Source: a virus (taxonomy: Duplodnaviria > Caudoviricetes). Taken from it: a stretch of DNA of 64,000 nt. This document shows, one piece after another, positions 38,669 through 49,311 of this stretch. The DNA is taken from positions 128,001-192,000 of the IMG/VR virus record IMGVR_UViG_3300032307_000764, one strand, 5' to 3'. The notes under the pieces were generated by a model. That model was not told the origin of the DNA. It worked only from the letters and a program-made list of their open reading frames with translations, and searched no databases. Within the stretch, counting starts at the first letter, position 1. Each line of letters begins with the position of its first letter. A program made the position numbers and the translations under genes.

Positions 38669-38722
38669 ATCATTTTTTTGTTTGTAGAAAATTCTCTATA
38701 TTAGCTAAGTAAATCAAACGAT

Positions 38723-39016
38723 ATGGCAGACTTAAATTTTGTAGCTATAATTACAGGGCCCGCAGAATATCTCGAGGGTGGTGTAAAGGTTGAGGACTTC
38801 ACTATCACTTGGGATGAGATAGTAGAGGATTGTGATGATTTTGATGATGAAGGAAATCCAACTGAGGAAGGTGTAGTTGGAGCTATCGATTATCTCAAAG
38901 AGGAGTATGCTGCTGAGTGGTCACAGAGATGGTGTAAGGTAACTCTTCTTTCCAAAGAACAGTTCCTAGTTATTAAAAATTTTAGACCGGAAGAAAATTT
39001 GTTTATACCTAATTAA
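38723..39016 (+). CDS. Acidic hypothetical protein
   Basis: Own promoter. Confidence 0.7.
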   Translation: MADLNFVAIITGPAEYLEGGVKVEDFTITWDEIVEDCDDFDDEGNPTEEGVVGAIDYLKEEYAAEWSQRWCKVTLLSKEQFLVIKNFRPEENLFIPN

Positions 39017-39079
39017 ATCATTTTTTTAATTGAAAAGAATTTTCTATATTAGCTAAGTAAACCAATTAAACAAAAAGAG

Positions 39080-39502
39080 ATGGCAACACGATCTAGGATC
39101 GCAATCGAAAAAGAAGACGGTAAAGTAGAATCGATCTACTCTCATTGGGATGGATATCCTGAAGGCAATGGAGCGAAACTTTTCGAACACTACAAAGACC
39201 GTGAAAAAGTTCAAAGCCTAATTGATTTAGGCGACATCAGTTCCTTAGCTCCAGAAGTCGAAGCACCAGAGGGTCACTCATTTAATTCACCAGCAAAAGG
39301 TGTAGTGGTAGCTTACGGAAGGGACAGAGGAGAGAAAAATGTAGGAAAAAGATACCATGCTTCAAAAGATGCTTTTTTTAATTCTGATATTGAAGAATGG
39401 GGATATCTTTTAACCAAGGAAGGCGATTGGGAAGTTAAATCGGCTTACGAAAGAACCAACGGGGTGGAGAAACTCGAAGAAGTCCTGAGTAAATTGGTTT
39501 AG
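39080..39502 (+). CDS. Conserved-looking phage protein (MATRS..IYSHWDGYP)
   Basis: Own promoter and terminator. Confidence 0.8.
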   Translation: MATRSRIAIEKEDGKVESIYSHWDGYPEGNGAKLFEHYKDREKVQSLIDLGDISSLAPEVEAPEGHSFNSPAKGVVVAYGRDRGEKNVGKRYHASKDAFFNSDIEEWGYLLTKEGDWEVKSAYERTNGVEKLEEVLSKLV

Positions 39503-39767
39503 TGTTTAATTGGTTGAAACACGGAGAGGGGGCTCAGATCTTAGGATCTGGCCCTCTTTTTTTGTGGGGTTATGTTATGGAATCTAAAACCTCTGTAGGT
39601 GCTATGCCTGGGGAACCTTCGGGGAGTCCGATAATGCTGTTTAATCTTTTCTGAGAAACGTTAAACGAAAAAAATCAAAAAAAAGCTACTAAATTCTAAG
39701 GAATCATTTTTTATATCAAATGGAAGTTTCTATATTAGCTATGTAAACCAATTAAAAATAAAAAAAA

Positions 39768-40151
39768 ATGGCAAGAGACAAAAGCACAATTTCAGGAGGA
39801 TTAGGAATCTCTGAAGAGTTTTTCACAGAAGCACAAAAGATTGTAGCAGAAAACTACAAGAAGTACGACACCATCTCGGATGCTTTGGAAGCGATCGGTG
39901 AGGAAGTTCGAGTTGAGGCTTTGGGTGAATGTAACGAAGCATTATCCGATTACGAACGTAAGCTATTGTTAGCTGGGTTCTTGGGTGGTGCTAAAGGAAC
40001 AGAAAGCAAGCTCAACGGAATCCTAAACGCTATGAAGGTTATGATGGCGTTGGACGGAGCTCCTGAGGAACTCAAAAAAGCTTTGTTCAGCAAGATCTTG
40101 AATGACTTCGGGATTGGCGAAAAAAATGATGACGGGTCTGACGAAGATTAG
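39768..40151 (+). CDS. Hypothetical protein
   Basis: Own promoter and terminator. Confidence 0.7.
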   Translation: MARDKSTISGGLGISEEFFTEAQKIVAENYKKYDTISDALEAIGEEVRVEALGECNEALSDYERKLLLAGFLGGAKGTESKLNGILNAMKVMMALDGAPEELKKALFSKILNDFGIGEKNDDGSDED

Positions 40152-40248
40152 TCTAAGGGGAGCTTAATTGCTCCCCTCTTTTTCTTGGAATCATTTTTTT
40201 ATTCCAATGGATTTTTCTACATTTGTATCAATCAATTAAACACGAAAT

Positions 40249-40596
40249 ATGAACGCATGCACGCACTGCGGTACCTTACACGATAAAAAAGGTATGTACT
40301 GCTCAAAAAAATGCACTGACGCAGCTTATAGAGCTCGTAAGAAAGCAGCTACAGTTGTTACTGAAACATCGACAACTGACCCGGATGAGATCGTCGAAAA
40401 GTTCACCAAAAGGTTTGGTTTCCCTGTTAGGCTATTTTGGAACAAACGCCTAGAAAGAGAAAACTCTTCATGTGCAAAAGCAGGAACCACTTTGGAGTTC
40501 GAACAAATCTCTAAAAAGGGAGGTCGAGTAATTTATCGGGTTCGAAGAGGTAAAAGAAACTTCTTCACATCGGACAAGGAATTATTAGATTCCTAA
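40249..40596 (+). CDS. Zn-finger (CxxC..CSxxC) + PVRL domain protein
   Basis: N-half matches 43391, C-half matches 60408. Confidence 0.8.
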   Translation: MNACTHCGTLHDKKGMYCSKKCTDAAYRARKKAATVVTETSTTDPDEIVEKFTKRFGFPVRLFWNKRLERENSSCAKAGTTLEFEQISKKGGRVIYRVRRGKRNFFTSDKELLDS

Positions 40597-40699
40597 TTGA
40601 AATCAAAGTAAATAAAAGGCTCAGGTTACTGGGCCTTTTTTGTGGAATCCTTTTTTTATATCTTAGAAAATTCTTATATTAGCTATCTAATCTATCATC

Positions 40700-40960
40700 A
40701 TGAATAATAAAAAAGTTCTCGAAAGATACCCCACTGCAATAGCTGTAGAATACAGAACCAAATTTGATGTTGGCATCGTAGGTAAAGGTGTGAAATTTTA
40801 CATCATTCAGGAGAGCAAGGATTCTGAGTATGCTTTGGGATTTGCCAGATCAGAGAGAGGTGCATGGCAAATGGCAGAATCATGGTTACAAAATGATATG
40901 TCGATGTTTCCTGATTACAAAGGCTATCCAATAGATCAAGCTAAATTAGAGATGGAATAA
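40700..40960 (+). CDS. Hypothetical protein
   Basis: Own promoter. Confidence 0.7.
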   Translation: MNNKKVLERYPTAIAVEYRTKFDVGIVGKGVKFYIIQESKDSEYALGFARSERGAWQMAESWLQNDMSMFPDYKGYPIDQAKLEME

Positions 40961-41030
40961 TCAGGAAATCCTTTTTTTATCTCTTGGAAAATTCTTATAT
41001 TAGCTAAGTTAACCAATTAAAACATAGGAT

Positions 41031-41480
41031 ATGTCAAAAGAAAGAGAAGAAGCAACTGTTACAATCAAAAAAATGGTAGCAGAATCAGGGAACAAAATTT
41101 TCATGGGAATGACACATCATATTTATGGCCCACTAAGAGGACTCAACTACATTTTAGTAAATCCAAACATTGAGGAAATCCTAGATTGTTTGGACGAACA
41201 AGCTGGAGGTGTTGAACTAGATGACCAGATGAAGATCATCGAGAAAGTTAAAACCGCTGAGCCAAAAACCAATATTGAAACTGCAATTAAGATTTGGACG
41301 AAAACAGGAATGGCAGTTCAACTTATGATTCTTCCTTACGAAATGGTCGAACAAGCTGAGAACGCACCAACAGAAGTTAACTCACTTGAAGAAGGAAGAA
41401 AAGAAATCCTAAAAAATCTTTCATTCACAGCACCCCTGCAAGAAAAAGATCCTTTCTTTTTCCGAACAGGAATAGTTTAA
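41031..41480 (+). CDS. Hypothetical protein
   Basis: Own promoter and terminator. Confidence 0.7.
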   Translation: MSKEREEATVTIKKMVAESGNKIFMGMTHHIYGPLRGLNYILVNPNIEEILDCLDEQAGGVELDDQMKIIEKVKTAEPKTNIETAIKIWTKTGMAVQLMILPYEMVEQAENAPTEVNSLEEGRKEILKNLSFTAPLQEKDPFFFRTGIV

Positions 41481-41680
41481 ACTCCTATAAACTAGAAGAA
41501 GAAGAAGCCAGAGAAATCTGGCTTTTTTTGTGTGCGGATGTTTTTTCTGCAGCCGCGGATTATTGCCTGAGGAACCCCCTCATGATGGTATCCGGAAATT
41601 ATCCTTTAGATTTTCTTGGAAATCATTTTTTATATTAAGTAGAAGTTTCTATATTTGTATTAACCAATAAAAATAACACC

Positions 41681-42004
41681 ATGAAATACTTCGGAATCGC
41701 AGATGCACACGGAATAGAAAGCTTCATCAAAGGTGACCCGGCTTCTACAGAAAACTCGACTCAAACTATGATGCTTCATATGAGAGCAGGAGCCAATCGA
41801 CATCGACATGCAGTTGTGTATATCGTTGATATTTCTGAAAGCACAGCTCAGGATATTGATGAATTACTCGGCGAAGGAGATTACACTGGAGCTTTAGTAA
41901 GACTAAAAATGTCTGTTGAAGATCTTCAATTAACTAATCTTCCTGGAGCAGAGAAGAGCTGGAGGTTAATACCAAACTCTGATTTGGATCCTTTTAATGG
42001 ATAA
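41681..42004 (+). CDS. Hypothetical protein
   Basis: YFGIADAHGIESF; own promoter. Confidence 0.7.
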   Translation: MKYFGIADAHGIESFIKGDPASTENSTQTMMLHMRAGANRHRHAVVYIVDISESTAQDIDELLGEGDYTGALVRLKMSVEDLQLTNLPGAEKSWRLIPNSDLDPFNG

Positions 42005-42165
42005 AATATCAGGTTTTTCTGCTGATTATAGAATATTCTAACGTAATTGGATCTAGAATCGTTTTTTATATCGGACATAACACCCTAAATTTGTCATATA
42101 ACTAAAAAGGGAAGATATGAAGAACTTAAGCAGGGAAACACAGCCGAAAGCAAAACCTTACTACT

Positions 42166-42666
42166 ATGGAGTGGCAGGAACAACACGTCCAATCAATCGT
42201 CCGAAGTAATCCAAATCCCGGAACTTCTAGCTACTTCAACGATAATATAACTATGCAGCTAAGAGGAGGAGATTTATACCCTTACATTTTTACTCAAATA
42301 GAAATCGAGAGAGGTAAGGATTACACGGTAGGTGAATTGATTACTAAATTCAGAAATCTTGGTATTGTCATCAAATACGTAGGTAAAACGAAGATGCCAC
42401 CAGGAGATGTCGATTTCTCAATCAGTGAAGAGTTCACATCTGGATTTAGACAAAGGTTTTTAGAAAACGTTCTATTTGAAACCGAAGAAGAAAAAAACAA
42501 CTTTGAATCTATTTTAAAGATTATAGACAAGAAGGTAACAATAGGTCAACATGTATCGATAGATTCAAATGGATTAGAAGATTCATCATCGTATCTAACA
42601 ATTTTCGGATCATATGAAGATTCACATGGTCCGATACAGATATTCGTACTTGAAATACCTTATTAA
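42166..42666 (+). CDS. Hypothetical protein
   Basis: 166-aa ORF. Confidence 0.7.
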   Translation: MEWQEQHVQSIVRSNPNPGTSSYFNDNITMQLRGGDLYPYIFTQIEIERGKDYTVGELITKFRNLGIVIKYVGKTKMPPGDVDFSISEEFTSGFRQRFLENVLFETEEEKNNFESILKIIDKKVTIGQHVSIDSNGLEDSSSYLTIFGSYEDSHGPIQIFVLEIPY

Positions 42667-42753
42667 CAATTGAATGTTAAAAAAGTTAGAAAATATTTTT
42701 TTAATATAGAAAAAGCGCATACATTTGCAATAACTATTAAACGCATTAGATAA

Positions 42754-42987
42754 ATGACTTGGGAACAGTGTAGGGATTACGGATTAATAAGCATCGAGCC
42801 TGGGAACAATACCGTTCGATTGCATTATAATCAATGGGGAACAAGAATTGCTGAAAAGCCTTTATTCCTTCAAGTTGAGTCCGCTTCTTGGCAAGGTAAC
42901 AATATCATACTAAGAGGATACAATCACTACGGAGAACATCTCGTTTATGTAATGACTGATTTCAATAGCTATCAAAGAATCCTATAA
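42754..42987 (+). CDS. Hypothetical protein
   Basis: TACATTTG upstream. Confidence 0.65.
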   Translation: MTWEQCRDYGLISIEPGNNTVRLHYNQWGTRIAEKPLFLQVESASWQGNNIILRGYNHYGEHLVYVMTDFNSYQRIL

Positions 42988-43008
42988 TTTTTTAAACACT
43001 CTCAAAAA

Positions 43009-43224
43009 ATGATGAATCGTAAGATCACAGTAACTCTCGATAAAGCAATCAAATTGTATTCGAGTTTAAAATTTGAAGAAAAAGGAATCACCAGCGTAAA
43101 ACCTGGTACAACTGTTACCTTAGAAGAAACCGGAAAGGTTCTTACTAATTCTGAAGGTAAGGATTGCAAAGTCTTGAGACTTCGCAAAAACACTCGTAAT
43201 TATTATACAATAGACGAGATCTAA
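43009..43224 (+). CDS. Small basic protein
   Basis: ORF followed by terminator. Confidence 0.65.
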   Translation: MMNRKITVTLDKAIKLYSSLKFEEKGITSVKPGTTVTLEETGKVLTNSEGKDCKVLRLRKNTRNYYTIDEI

Positions 43225-43390
43225 TTTTTATATCAGGAAACTGCCTTTTCCTGAATTTTTTTACTGTCAAAACCCGAGATTAACCCCTCGGGTTTTTTTG
43301 TGGGTTTTAAATCTGTCTGCTGGAGATATTTTCTGGGGCACCCCATGTAATTTTACCGTATGTTTGCACTATAAAAGATAAACCAGATTT

Positions 43391-43744
43391 ATGAAATGTA
43401 TACAATGCGGAGATGAACACGAGAGGAAAGGAATGTATTGTTCAAAGAGCTGTACTGATAAAGCATATCGTGAGAGAAAGAAAAATAAGATAGACGTTCC
43501 GGAGGAAAAAGGTGAAAAGCTTAAATGGTGTAACTTCTGTGGTGCATCTATAGATGAATCACCAAAGCTAGCCTTCTGTGACGATGACCACGAGAAAGAC
43601 TATTGGAGAACTATCAGAGACGGAGGAACCCTCAAAATAAAGATCGATGCTAGAACAGAGATTCAAACAAAGAAATATTATAGAGTTCAAGATATTATAG
43701 AAGCAATGGTTAACAGAGGTAAGAACGGTGTAACATACTTTTGA
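43391..43744 (+). CDS. Double Zn-finger protein
   Basis: CIQC..YCSKSC; CNFC..FCDDDH. Confidence 0.75.
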   Translation: MKCIQCGDEHERKGMYCSKSCTDKAYRERKKNKIDVPEEKGEKLKWCNFCGASIDESPKLAFCDDDHEKDYWRTIRDGGTLKIKIDARTEIQTKKYYRVQDIIEAMVNRGKNGVTYF

Positions 43745-43783
43745 AACCTTTACTCCGATTTTTCTATAATAAAAAACCAAACT

Positions 43784-43909
43784 ATGAAGAACAGATTCCT
43801 ATGGATACTTGCTATACTTTGTGCAGTATCAATTCTACTAAGCTGTAAAACATCAAAGACAAACTGTGATGCTTACGGTGAGGTTCCTCAGAAGACATCC
43901 CGAGTTTAA
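43784..43909 (+). CDS. 41-aa putative lipoprotein missed by the ORF track
   Basis: MKNRFLWILAILCAVSILLS-C lipobox; GAAACC-N16-TATAAT upstream. Confidence 0.65.
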   Translation: MKNRFLWILAILCAVSILLSCKTSKTNCDAYGEVPQKTSRV

Positions 43910-43997
43910 AAAACAATTCCATTTTTTTCCAAGAATCATTTTTTCTTTTAAATAGAATTTTCTACATTAGCTATGTAAACCAATTAAAACTAGCAAA

Positions 43998-44264
43998 ATG
44001 TCAGAAAAAGAAAAAAGAGATCAGATATTCAATAAGATCGCAGAACTTGCTAACATGGCAAGTATTCAAGGATTCTTAACCGAGGATACGGAATCAATCT
44101 TAGTTGCTGAATCAATCAAAGTTGTCTTGACTGCTGCTCAAGATGAAAAGCACCTAGAGTTATTACATCAACACATGAGCAACTTCTTAGATGAGGTACA
44201 AGTTTTAATGGGTCAAAGAACTGTAAAAGAGCATTTGCTCGCTAAAGAAAGATGTGTGAATTAA
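43998..44264 (+). CDS. Hypothetical protein
   Basis: Own promoter. Confidence 0.7.
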   Translation: MSEKEKRDQIFNKIAELANMASIQGFLTEDTESILVAESIKVVLTAAQDEKHLELLHQHMSNFLDEVQVLMGQRTVKEHLLAKERCVN

Positions 44265-44334
44265 TTCCAAGAATCCTTTTTTCTTTTAAATAGAATTTTC
44301 TACATTAGCTTCAACCAATTAAAGACTAGAAATC

Positions 44335-44658
44335 ATGAACTGTAACAACTGCGGAACCACAAAAGAATTTAAGTCAGTCCAAACATGCTGCGAAATGACA
44401 GGAGCATTAATCACTATCCAGATGGGATACTGTACCTGTAAAGATGATGACGATGACGACGATGATCTGTCAGGAAGAATGATTGACCATGGTGAAAGAC
44501 CAACGATCACTATTGATCCCACTGATGCAAGCCCGGGATTGCTTCGTAAGGTAGCAGGGCTTAAAAAGCTTCAGAGAGTAGGTAAGGCTATCGGAATCGA
44601 GAACACATTCGAAGTGGAGGTTAAAGAATCTGTTGACTCTAAAAGAAAGGTTATTTAG
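44335..44658 (+). CDS. Cys-rich protein with poly-Asp run
   Basis: CNNC..CC..CTC. Confidence 0.7.
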   Translation: MNCNNCGTTKEFKSVQTCCEMTGALITIQMGYCTCKDDDDDDDDLSGRMIDHGERPTITIDPTDASPGLLRKVAGLKKLQRVGKAIGIENTFEVEVKESVDSKRKVI

Positions 44659-44720
44659 AAAATCATTTTTTTTATTAAGTAGATTTTTCTATATTTGTAA
44701 AGTAACCAATTAAAACTAAC

Positions 44721-46157
44721 ATGTCAAAAGGATTTATAAAGAAAGCTTGGAACTCGGTCTCAGGATGGGAACGATCTCACTTCGGAGGATTCAAAAGAAT
44801 GGTCTATGACTACCCTTACGTTTCGGTAGATCACAAAGCTAACATCGATACCCCGAATGGTTTAGCTAGAAACTTAGGAAGTGTTTTCAATGCAGAGAAG
44901 CTCATCAAGATTTATTTGATGAAAGCTAAAAAGCACGAAGCTGCTATGGCGACTCTTCTTAGAGAGAAGGTAAGTATTACTGAGTCCGTTGATCCTTTTA
45001 CTAGAAGACCGATTAAGACTCAAAGGATGACACTCGATCACGAAGGTGTTTTTGAATATCTTCTTAACCATGAGCCAGAGTTCGCTCCTCTATTTGAAGA
45101 GTATCGTAAAGAAATCTTTTCTAGCTATATCGAGACCGAATTACCTGAGGGGCAAGAAGGAGAAGGCCAGGGCGAAGGTGAAGGCGATGGAGATGGTGAA
45201 GGCCAAGGTGAAGGCCAAGGTGATGCTAAGCCTAAGAATGGAGATGGCGAAGGTGAAGGCGAAGGGCCGACTACGAAAAGCTACGGCGGATGGGGTGCTG
45301 GTAAAAAAAGCTTACAGGAGGTACTTGATGCGATGAAGGAGTTTAAACCTTTCAGTGCATCAAAAATCGGAGAAGAAGTACCTATTAGATGGCTTAGCAA
45401 ACCTAGATATGGTCGATCTGAAGGCTATACTACTGAGCGGGAATTTACCACAGAAGAAAAAATCAATGGTGATCGTCTTGTAAAAATGCTCGATATTAGC
45501 TTTGAACCGAAGAGTGATATTGTGAGAAGCTTAAGAGCGGGAAGATTGGACACATCTAAGATTGCCGAGGTACCTGCAGGAAACACCGCTATCTACCGTC
45601 AGACCCTAGAGGATCAAGACACCAAACCATTTGCGGTCTGTATCTTAGCCGATATGTCAGGAAGTATGGATGGAGCCAAATTACATGCTCAGTATCACGT
45701 TCTCAATTCTCTCTATTACGGTCTTCACCAAATTATTCCGCCTGATGATCTTTACATCTATGCACATACGGGAGATGACGAAGCGGACATCTACACTTTG
45801 TGTTCTCCACACAACCCAGAGTATGAGAAAAACATCGGAATGTATTATGACATCGACACAGAATGTAATTACGACGGAACTGTAATTGAGGAAGTACACA
45901 AGAAGATTCGGAATATAACAGACAACCCTGTAATTATGATTACTCTATCCGATGGTCAACCTTGTGACAGTGAGGAGGCGATGAAGAAAATTCTCGAGAA
46001 GGCTAGGAGAGATCAATTCGTAACAATGGGAGTTGGTATTAAAGCTCCTTACGTTTCGAAACTTTACACCTACCATTGTGTTGTTGAAGAGTTAGATACA
46101 TTCATATCGGACGTATCACAATTAATCAACAAGGTGGTTCGAACGGAATTCAAATAA
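44721..46157 (+). CDS. vWA (CobT-like) protein, paralog A
   Basis: MIDAS LADMSGS, TLSDGQP; Gly/Glu acidic linker. Confidence 0.9.
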   Translation: MSKGFIKKAWNSVSGWERSHFGGFKRMVYDYPYVSVDHKANIDTPNGLARNLGSVFNAEKLIKIYLMKAKKHEAAMATLLREKVSITESVDPFTRRPIKTQRMTLDHEGVFEYLLNHEPEFAPLFEEYRKEIFSSYIETELPEGQEGEGQGEGEGDGDGEGQGEGQGDAKPKNGDGEGEGEGPTTKSYGGWGAGKKSLQEVLDAMKEFKPFSASKIGEEVPIRWLSKPRYGRSEGYTTEREFTTEEKINGDRLVKMLDISFEPKSDIVRSLRAGRLDTSKIAEVPAGNTAIYRQTLEDQDTKPFAVCILADMSGSMDGAKLHAQYHVLNSLYYGLHQIIPPDDLYIYAHTGDDEADIYTLCSPHNPEYEKNIGMYYDIDTECNYDGTVIEEVHKKIRNITDNPVIMITLSDGQPCDSEEAMKKILEKARRDQFVTMGVGIKAPYVSKLYTYHCVVEELDTFISDVSQLINKVVRTEFK

Positions 46158-46175
46158 AGTAACCATGTAAAGGAA

Positions 46176-46202
46176 AGGAGACTTCGGTCTCCTTTTTTTG
46201 TG
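46176..46202 (+). terminator. Representative cUUCGg intrinsic terminator ending TTTTTTTGTG
   Basis: AGGAGACTTCGGTCTCCT identical at ~46176, 49093, 51133, 60743; variants at 50031, 57047, 58862, 62024. Confidence 0.9.
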
Positions 46203-46459
46203 GGCTAAGGTTTCTGAAATCAGCAGCCACATCCAAACGCGGGGGTTCCTCAGTCAACCTCCAGGTAGCGTCGGATAGATTTTTTTAGAAAAAACTCAGG
46301 AATCATTTTTTATATTAAAGAGAAATTTCTATCTTTGCATAGTTCCAAAAGAGGGACAAACACCAAACAAAAAAAATCTAGAAAAATCTCAAAAATCATT
46401 TTTTATATTAAAGAGAATTTTCTACTTTAGCTAAGTAAACCAATTAAATATCTATAATT

Positions 46460-47431
46460 ATGTCAGAGACAACAAAAAAGACAATGTCAGAAGAAGCAAA
46501 AGCAAAAATCGCAGAAGGTGTTCGTAGAGCAGCTCTAGCAAAGAAAGGGATAATCGCGGAGGCTGCGGAATCCATCGAGGGCAGACTCAAAGTTGATCCT
46601 TCAAAGGTTCAAGAGCTTGACGGAATAGTTACCTTAAACGGTTACTTCAAGCTCGAGAAAGGAACATTCGAAGTTATCAAACATAACATCGAGCATGGGG
46701 TCAATACGATGTTGATCGGGGCAACAGGAACTGGTAAGACCGAGGTTATCTCAAATGTCGCTCAGGCATTCAATTTACCTCTTGTCATCTTCGACATGGG
46801 TACGATGACCGATCCTGTAATGGGACTTGTTGGAACTCACGTAATCACAGTCGAGGACGGGGTTACCAAGTCAGAGTTCAAACGCTCTCGCTTCTCTGAA
46901 ATCATCCAACAACCGGGTATCATCCTATTGGACGAAATCTCCCGAGCTGGAGCGATGGCCAACAACTTGCTCTTCCCTTGTTTGGACTTCCGACGTGAGT
47001 TACCTATGGAATACTCATTCCACGATACAGCTCCTGTCAAAATTCACGAACAATGTGTTTTCTTCTCGACTGCCAACATGGGTAGCCAGTACACAGGAAC
47101 GCACAAACTTGACCGTGCATTACTTGACCGCTTCATGCTTATCGAAATGGATCCGATCAAGAAGCAAGATATCATGGACACTCTATCAGCAGAGTTTCCG
47201 AAATTGCCAAAAACAAAAGTTGAAAAACTCGTATCAACATTCTTGAAAATCAACCAAGAACATGACGAGTTCAAAATCAGCTTCAACCTTTCGCTTCGTC
47301 ACCTTAAGACAATTGCGAAATTGGTCTCAAACGGTTTCGAAATCTATGACGGTTACTTCGTCCTTTGTAAAGGACTTGGCGGCAAGGAAGGTCTACAAGG
47401 AATCAAATCGATCTTGGACTCAGCCAAGTAA
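46460..47431 (+). CDS. MoxR/CobS-like AAA+ ATPase
   Basis: Walker A GATGTGKT, Walker B ILLDEISR, TAN..YTGTHKLDRALLDRF. Confidence 0.95.
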   Translation: MSETTKKTMSEEAKAKIAEGVRRAALAKKGIIAEAAESIEGRLKVDPSKVQELDGIVTLNGYFKLEKGTFEVIKHNIEHGVNTMLIGATGTGKTEVISNVAQAFNLPLVIFDMGTMTDPVMGLVGTHVITVEDGVTKSEFKRSRFSEIIQQPGIILLDEISRAGAMANNLLFPCLDFRRELPMEYSFHDTAPVKIHEQCVFFSTANMGSQYTGTHKLDRALLDRFMLIEMDPIKKQDIMDTLSAEFPKLPKTKVEKLVSTFLKINQEHDEFKISFNLSLRHLKTIAKLVSNGFEIYDGYFVLCKGLGGKEGLQGIKSILDSAK

Positions 47432-47556
47432 TTCTCCATCCACAAAAAGAACCCTGGAAATTTCTCCAGGGGTTTTTAGTTTTTTCTTGGAATCATTTTT
47501 TTTATTAAATAGAAATTTCTATATTAGCTAAGTAAACCAATTAAACAAACAAACAA

Positions 47557-49068
47557 ATGAAAAAGACTTTCGGTAACGTATGGAGCTCGGTATCAGGGTG
47601 GGAGAGATCACACTTCGGCGGATTCTCTAGGATGCTATGGGACTACCCATATATCAAAATGGATCTTGATGTTCGTATTGAACCTGGACAAGGTATTAGG
47701 GATTCTCACGGAGCTTACAATGCGGAGAAGCTTGTTAAGATGTATCTATTGAAGGTCAAGGAATTAGGATTAGTAGATCACCTCCGTCAAGAGCGCATCG
47801 AAGAAAAATCTTTCTTTGGTGGTATGAAGAAGTATGACTTACTTCGGTTAGATAATGAAGGTGTTTTCCATAATGTCTTATCAGCAGATAAGGAACTTGC
47901 ACCTCTCTTCGAACACTACCGAGCGGATGTACTAGCTAGCTATATCAAGATGGAAGTTCCTGGAGAGGAGGAAGGAAACAGTAAAGGATCAAAAGGTGAA
48001 GAGGACGAAGAGGGAGAAGGAAAAGGCAATGGTGAAGGAGAGGGAGAAGAGGGAGAAGGTAAAGGCAATGGTGAAGGAGAGGGCGAAGACGAAGGTGAAG
48101 GTGAAGGTCAAGGAAATGGCGACGGTGATGGAGAAGGCGAGGGAGAAGGCGACGGTAAAAGTAACACATCATCCTCTGGAAATTCGGAATCAAATTCTGC
48201 AGGAAATGCGATAAGAGAAGCGGTCAAAGCTATGAGCAAGTACGAGCCATACAAAGGAAAGAACCTTAGTAAGTTCGAAGAGAAAGCTAAGTTCGTTTCT
48301 TTGCCTGCCTCTTTGTCGAAATATAAATACGAATTCACTAGCGAGGAGATCAAGAATTCGGAATTGCTTATCAAGATGTTAGATATCGACTTCGAACCTA
48401 AGGACGATATAGTTAAGAGCTTAAGATTAGGTCGACTTGATACATCTAAGATTGCCGAGGTACCTGCAGGAAATTTGTCCGTGTATCAGCAAGTCTTAGA
48501 GGACCAAGACACTCAGCCATTCTCCGTTTGTATCTTAGCCGATATGTCTGGTAGCATGGGAGGTTATAGAGTTCAAGTACAAAAACAGGTTATGAATTCC
48601 TTATACTTGGCGATGACACAAATCTTACCTGCGGACAAGCTTTATATCTACGGACACTCTGGAGAATACTCACCTGAAATCTTCACCTTCTATAGTCCGT
48701 ATGACACAGACTACGAAAAGAATATTATGTCTTATGAGCGTATCGATCTTTGTCAGAATTACGACGGACCTGTAGTAGAGGAAGTTCACAGAAAGATTAG
48801 AGAGACGAACGAGGACAGAATTATCTTTATCACTTTATCCGACGGCGAACCTTGTGGTAACGGATACGGAAGCCATAACGATATCGTTGACTTAAAAAGA
48901 GTCCTTGAAAGATGCCGAAGAGATAGCTTTGTAACAGTAGGTATCGGTATTCAAAGCTACCATGTTAATAACCTTTACACATACAGTCAAGTCGTTGAGG
49001 ACTTATCTGAAATGTCAAGAGACGTAGCGAACATTATCAACAAAGTAGTTAGAGCCGAATTCAAGTAG
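47557..49068 (+). CDS. vWA (CobT-like) protein, paralog B
   Basis: LADMSGS, TLSDGEP; shares GWERSHFGGF and LGRLDTSKIAEVPAGN with paralog A. Confidence 0.9.
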   Translation: MKKTFGNVWSSVSGWERSHFGGFSRMLWDYPYIKMDLDVRIEPGQGIRDSHGAYNAEKLVKMYLLKVKELGLVDHLRQERIEEKSFFGGMKKYDLLRLDNEGVFHNVLSADKELAPLFEHYRADVLASYIKMEVPGEEEGNSKGSKGEEDEEGEGKGNGEGEGEEGEGKGNGEGEGEDEGEGEGQGNGDGDGEGEGEGDGKSNTSSSGNSESNSAGNAIREAVKAMSKYEPYKGKNLSKFEEKAKFVSLPASLSKYKYEFTSEEIKNSELLIKMLDIDFEPKDDIVKSLRLGRLDTSKIAEVPAGNLSVYQQVLEDQDTQPFSVCILADMSGSMGGYRVQVQKQVMNSLYLAMTQILPADKLYIYGHSGEYSPEIFTFYSPYDTDYEKNIMSYERIDLCQNYDGPVVEEVHRKIRETNEDRIIFITLSDGEPCGNGYGSHNDIVDLKRVLERCRRDSFVTVGIGIQSYHVNNLYTYSQVVEDLSEMSRDVANIINKVVRAEFK

Positions 49069-49311
49069 GTTGGTTTACACGAATAAAAAAGAGAGGAGAC
49101 TTCGGTCTCCTTTTTTTGTGTGTGGAGGTTTTTTCTGCAGCCGCGGATTATTGACTGAGGAACCCCCGTATATGGGATGAGGTCCTCCAGGAGGGGGCTT
49201 GCGTATACGTGCGTGCGAAGTGGGTTTTTCCAACAAAATCTACCAGAATCCTTTTTTTCTTTGGATAGTTTATTCTATATTAGCTCTATCAATCAATTAA
49301 CACACACAACT

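Noticed and set aside
43880-43889. GAGGTTCCTC dyad inside the lipoprotein CDS as a module
   Set aside because: Single coding copy without terminator or 36-nt context; may be chance
45147-48160. GAAGG(T/C)GA repeats as mobile or iteron DNA
   Set aside because: They are in-frame Gly/Glu linkers of the vWA proteins
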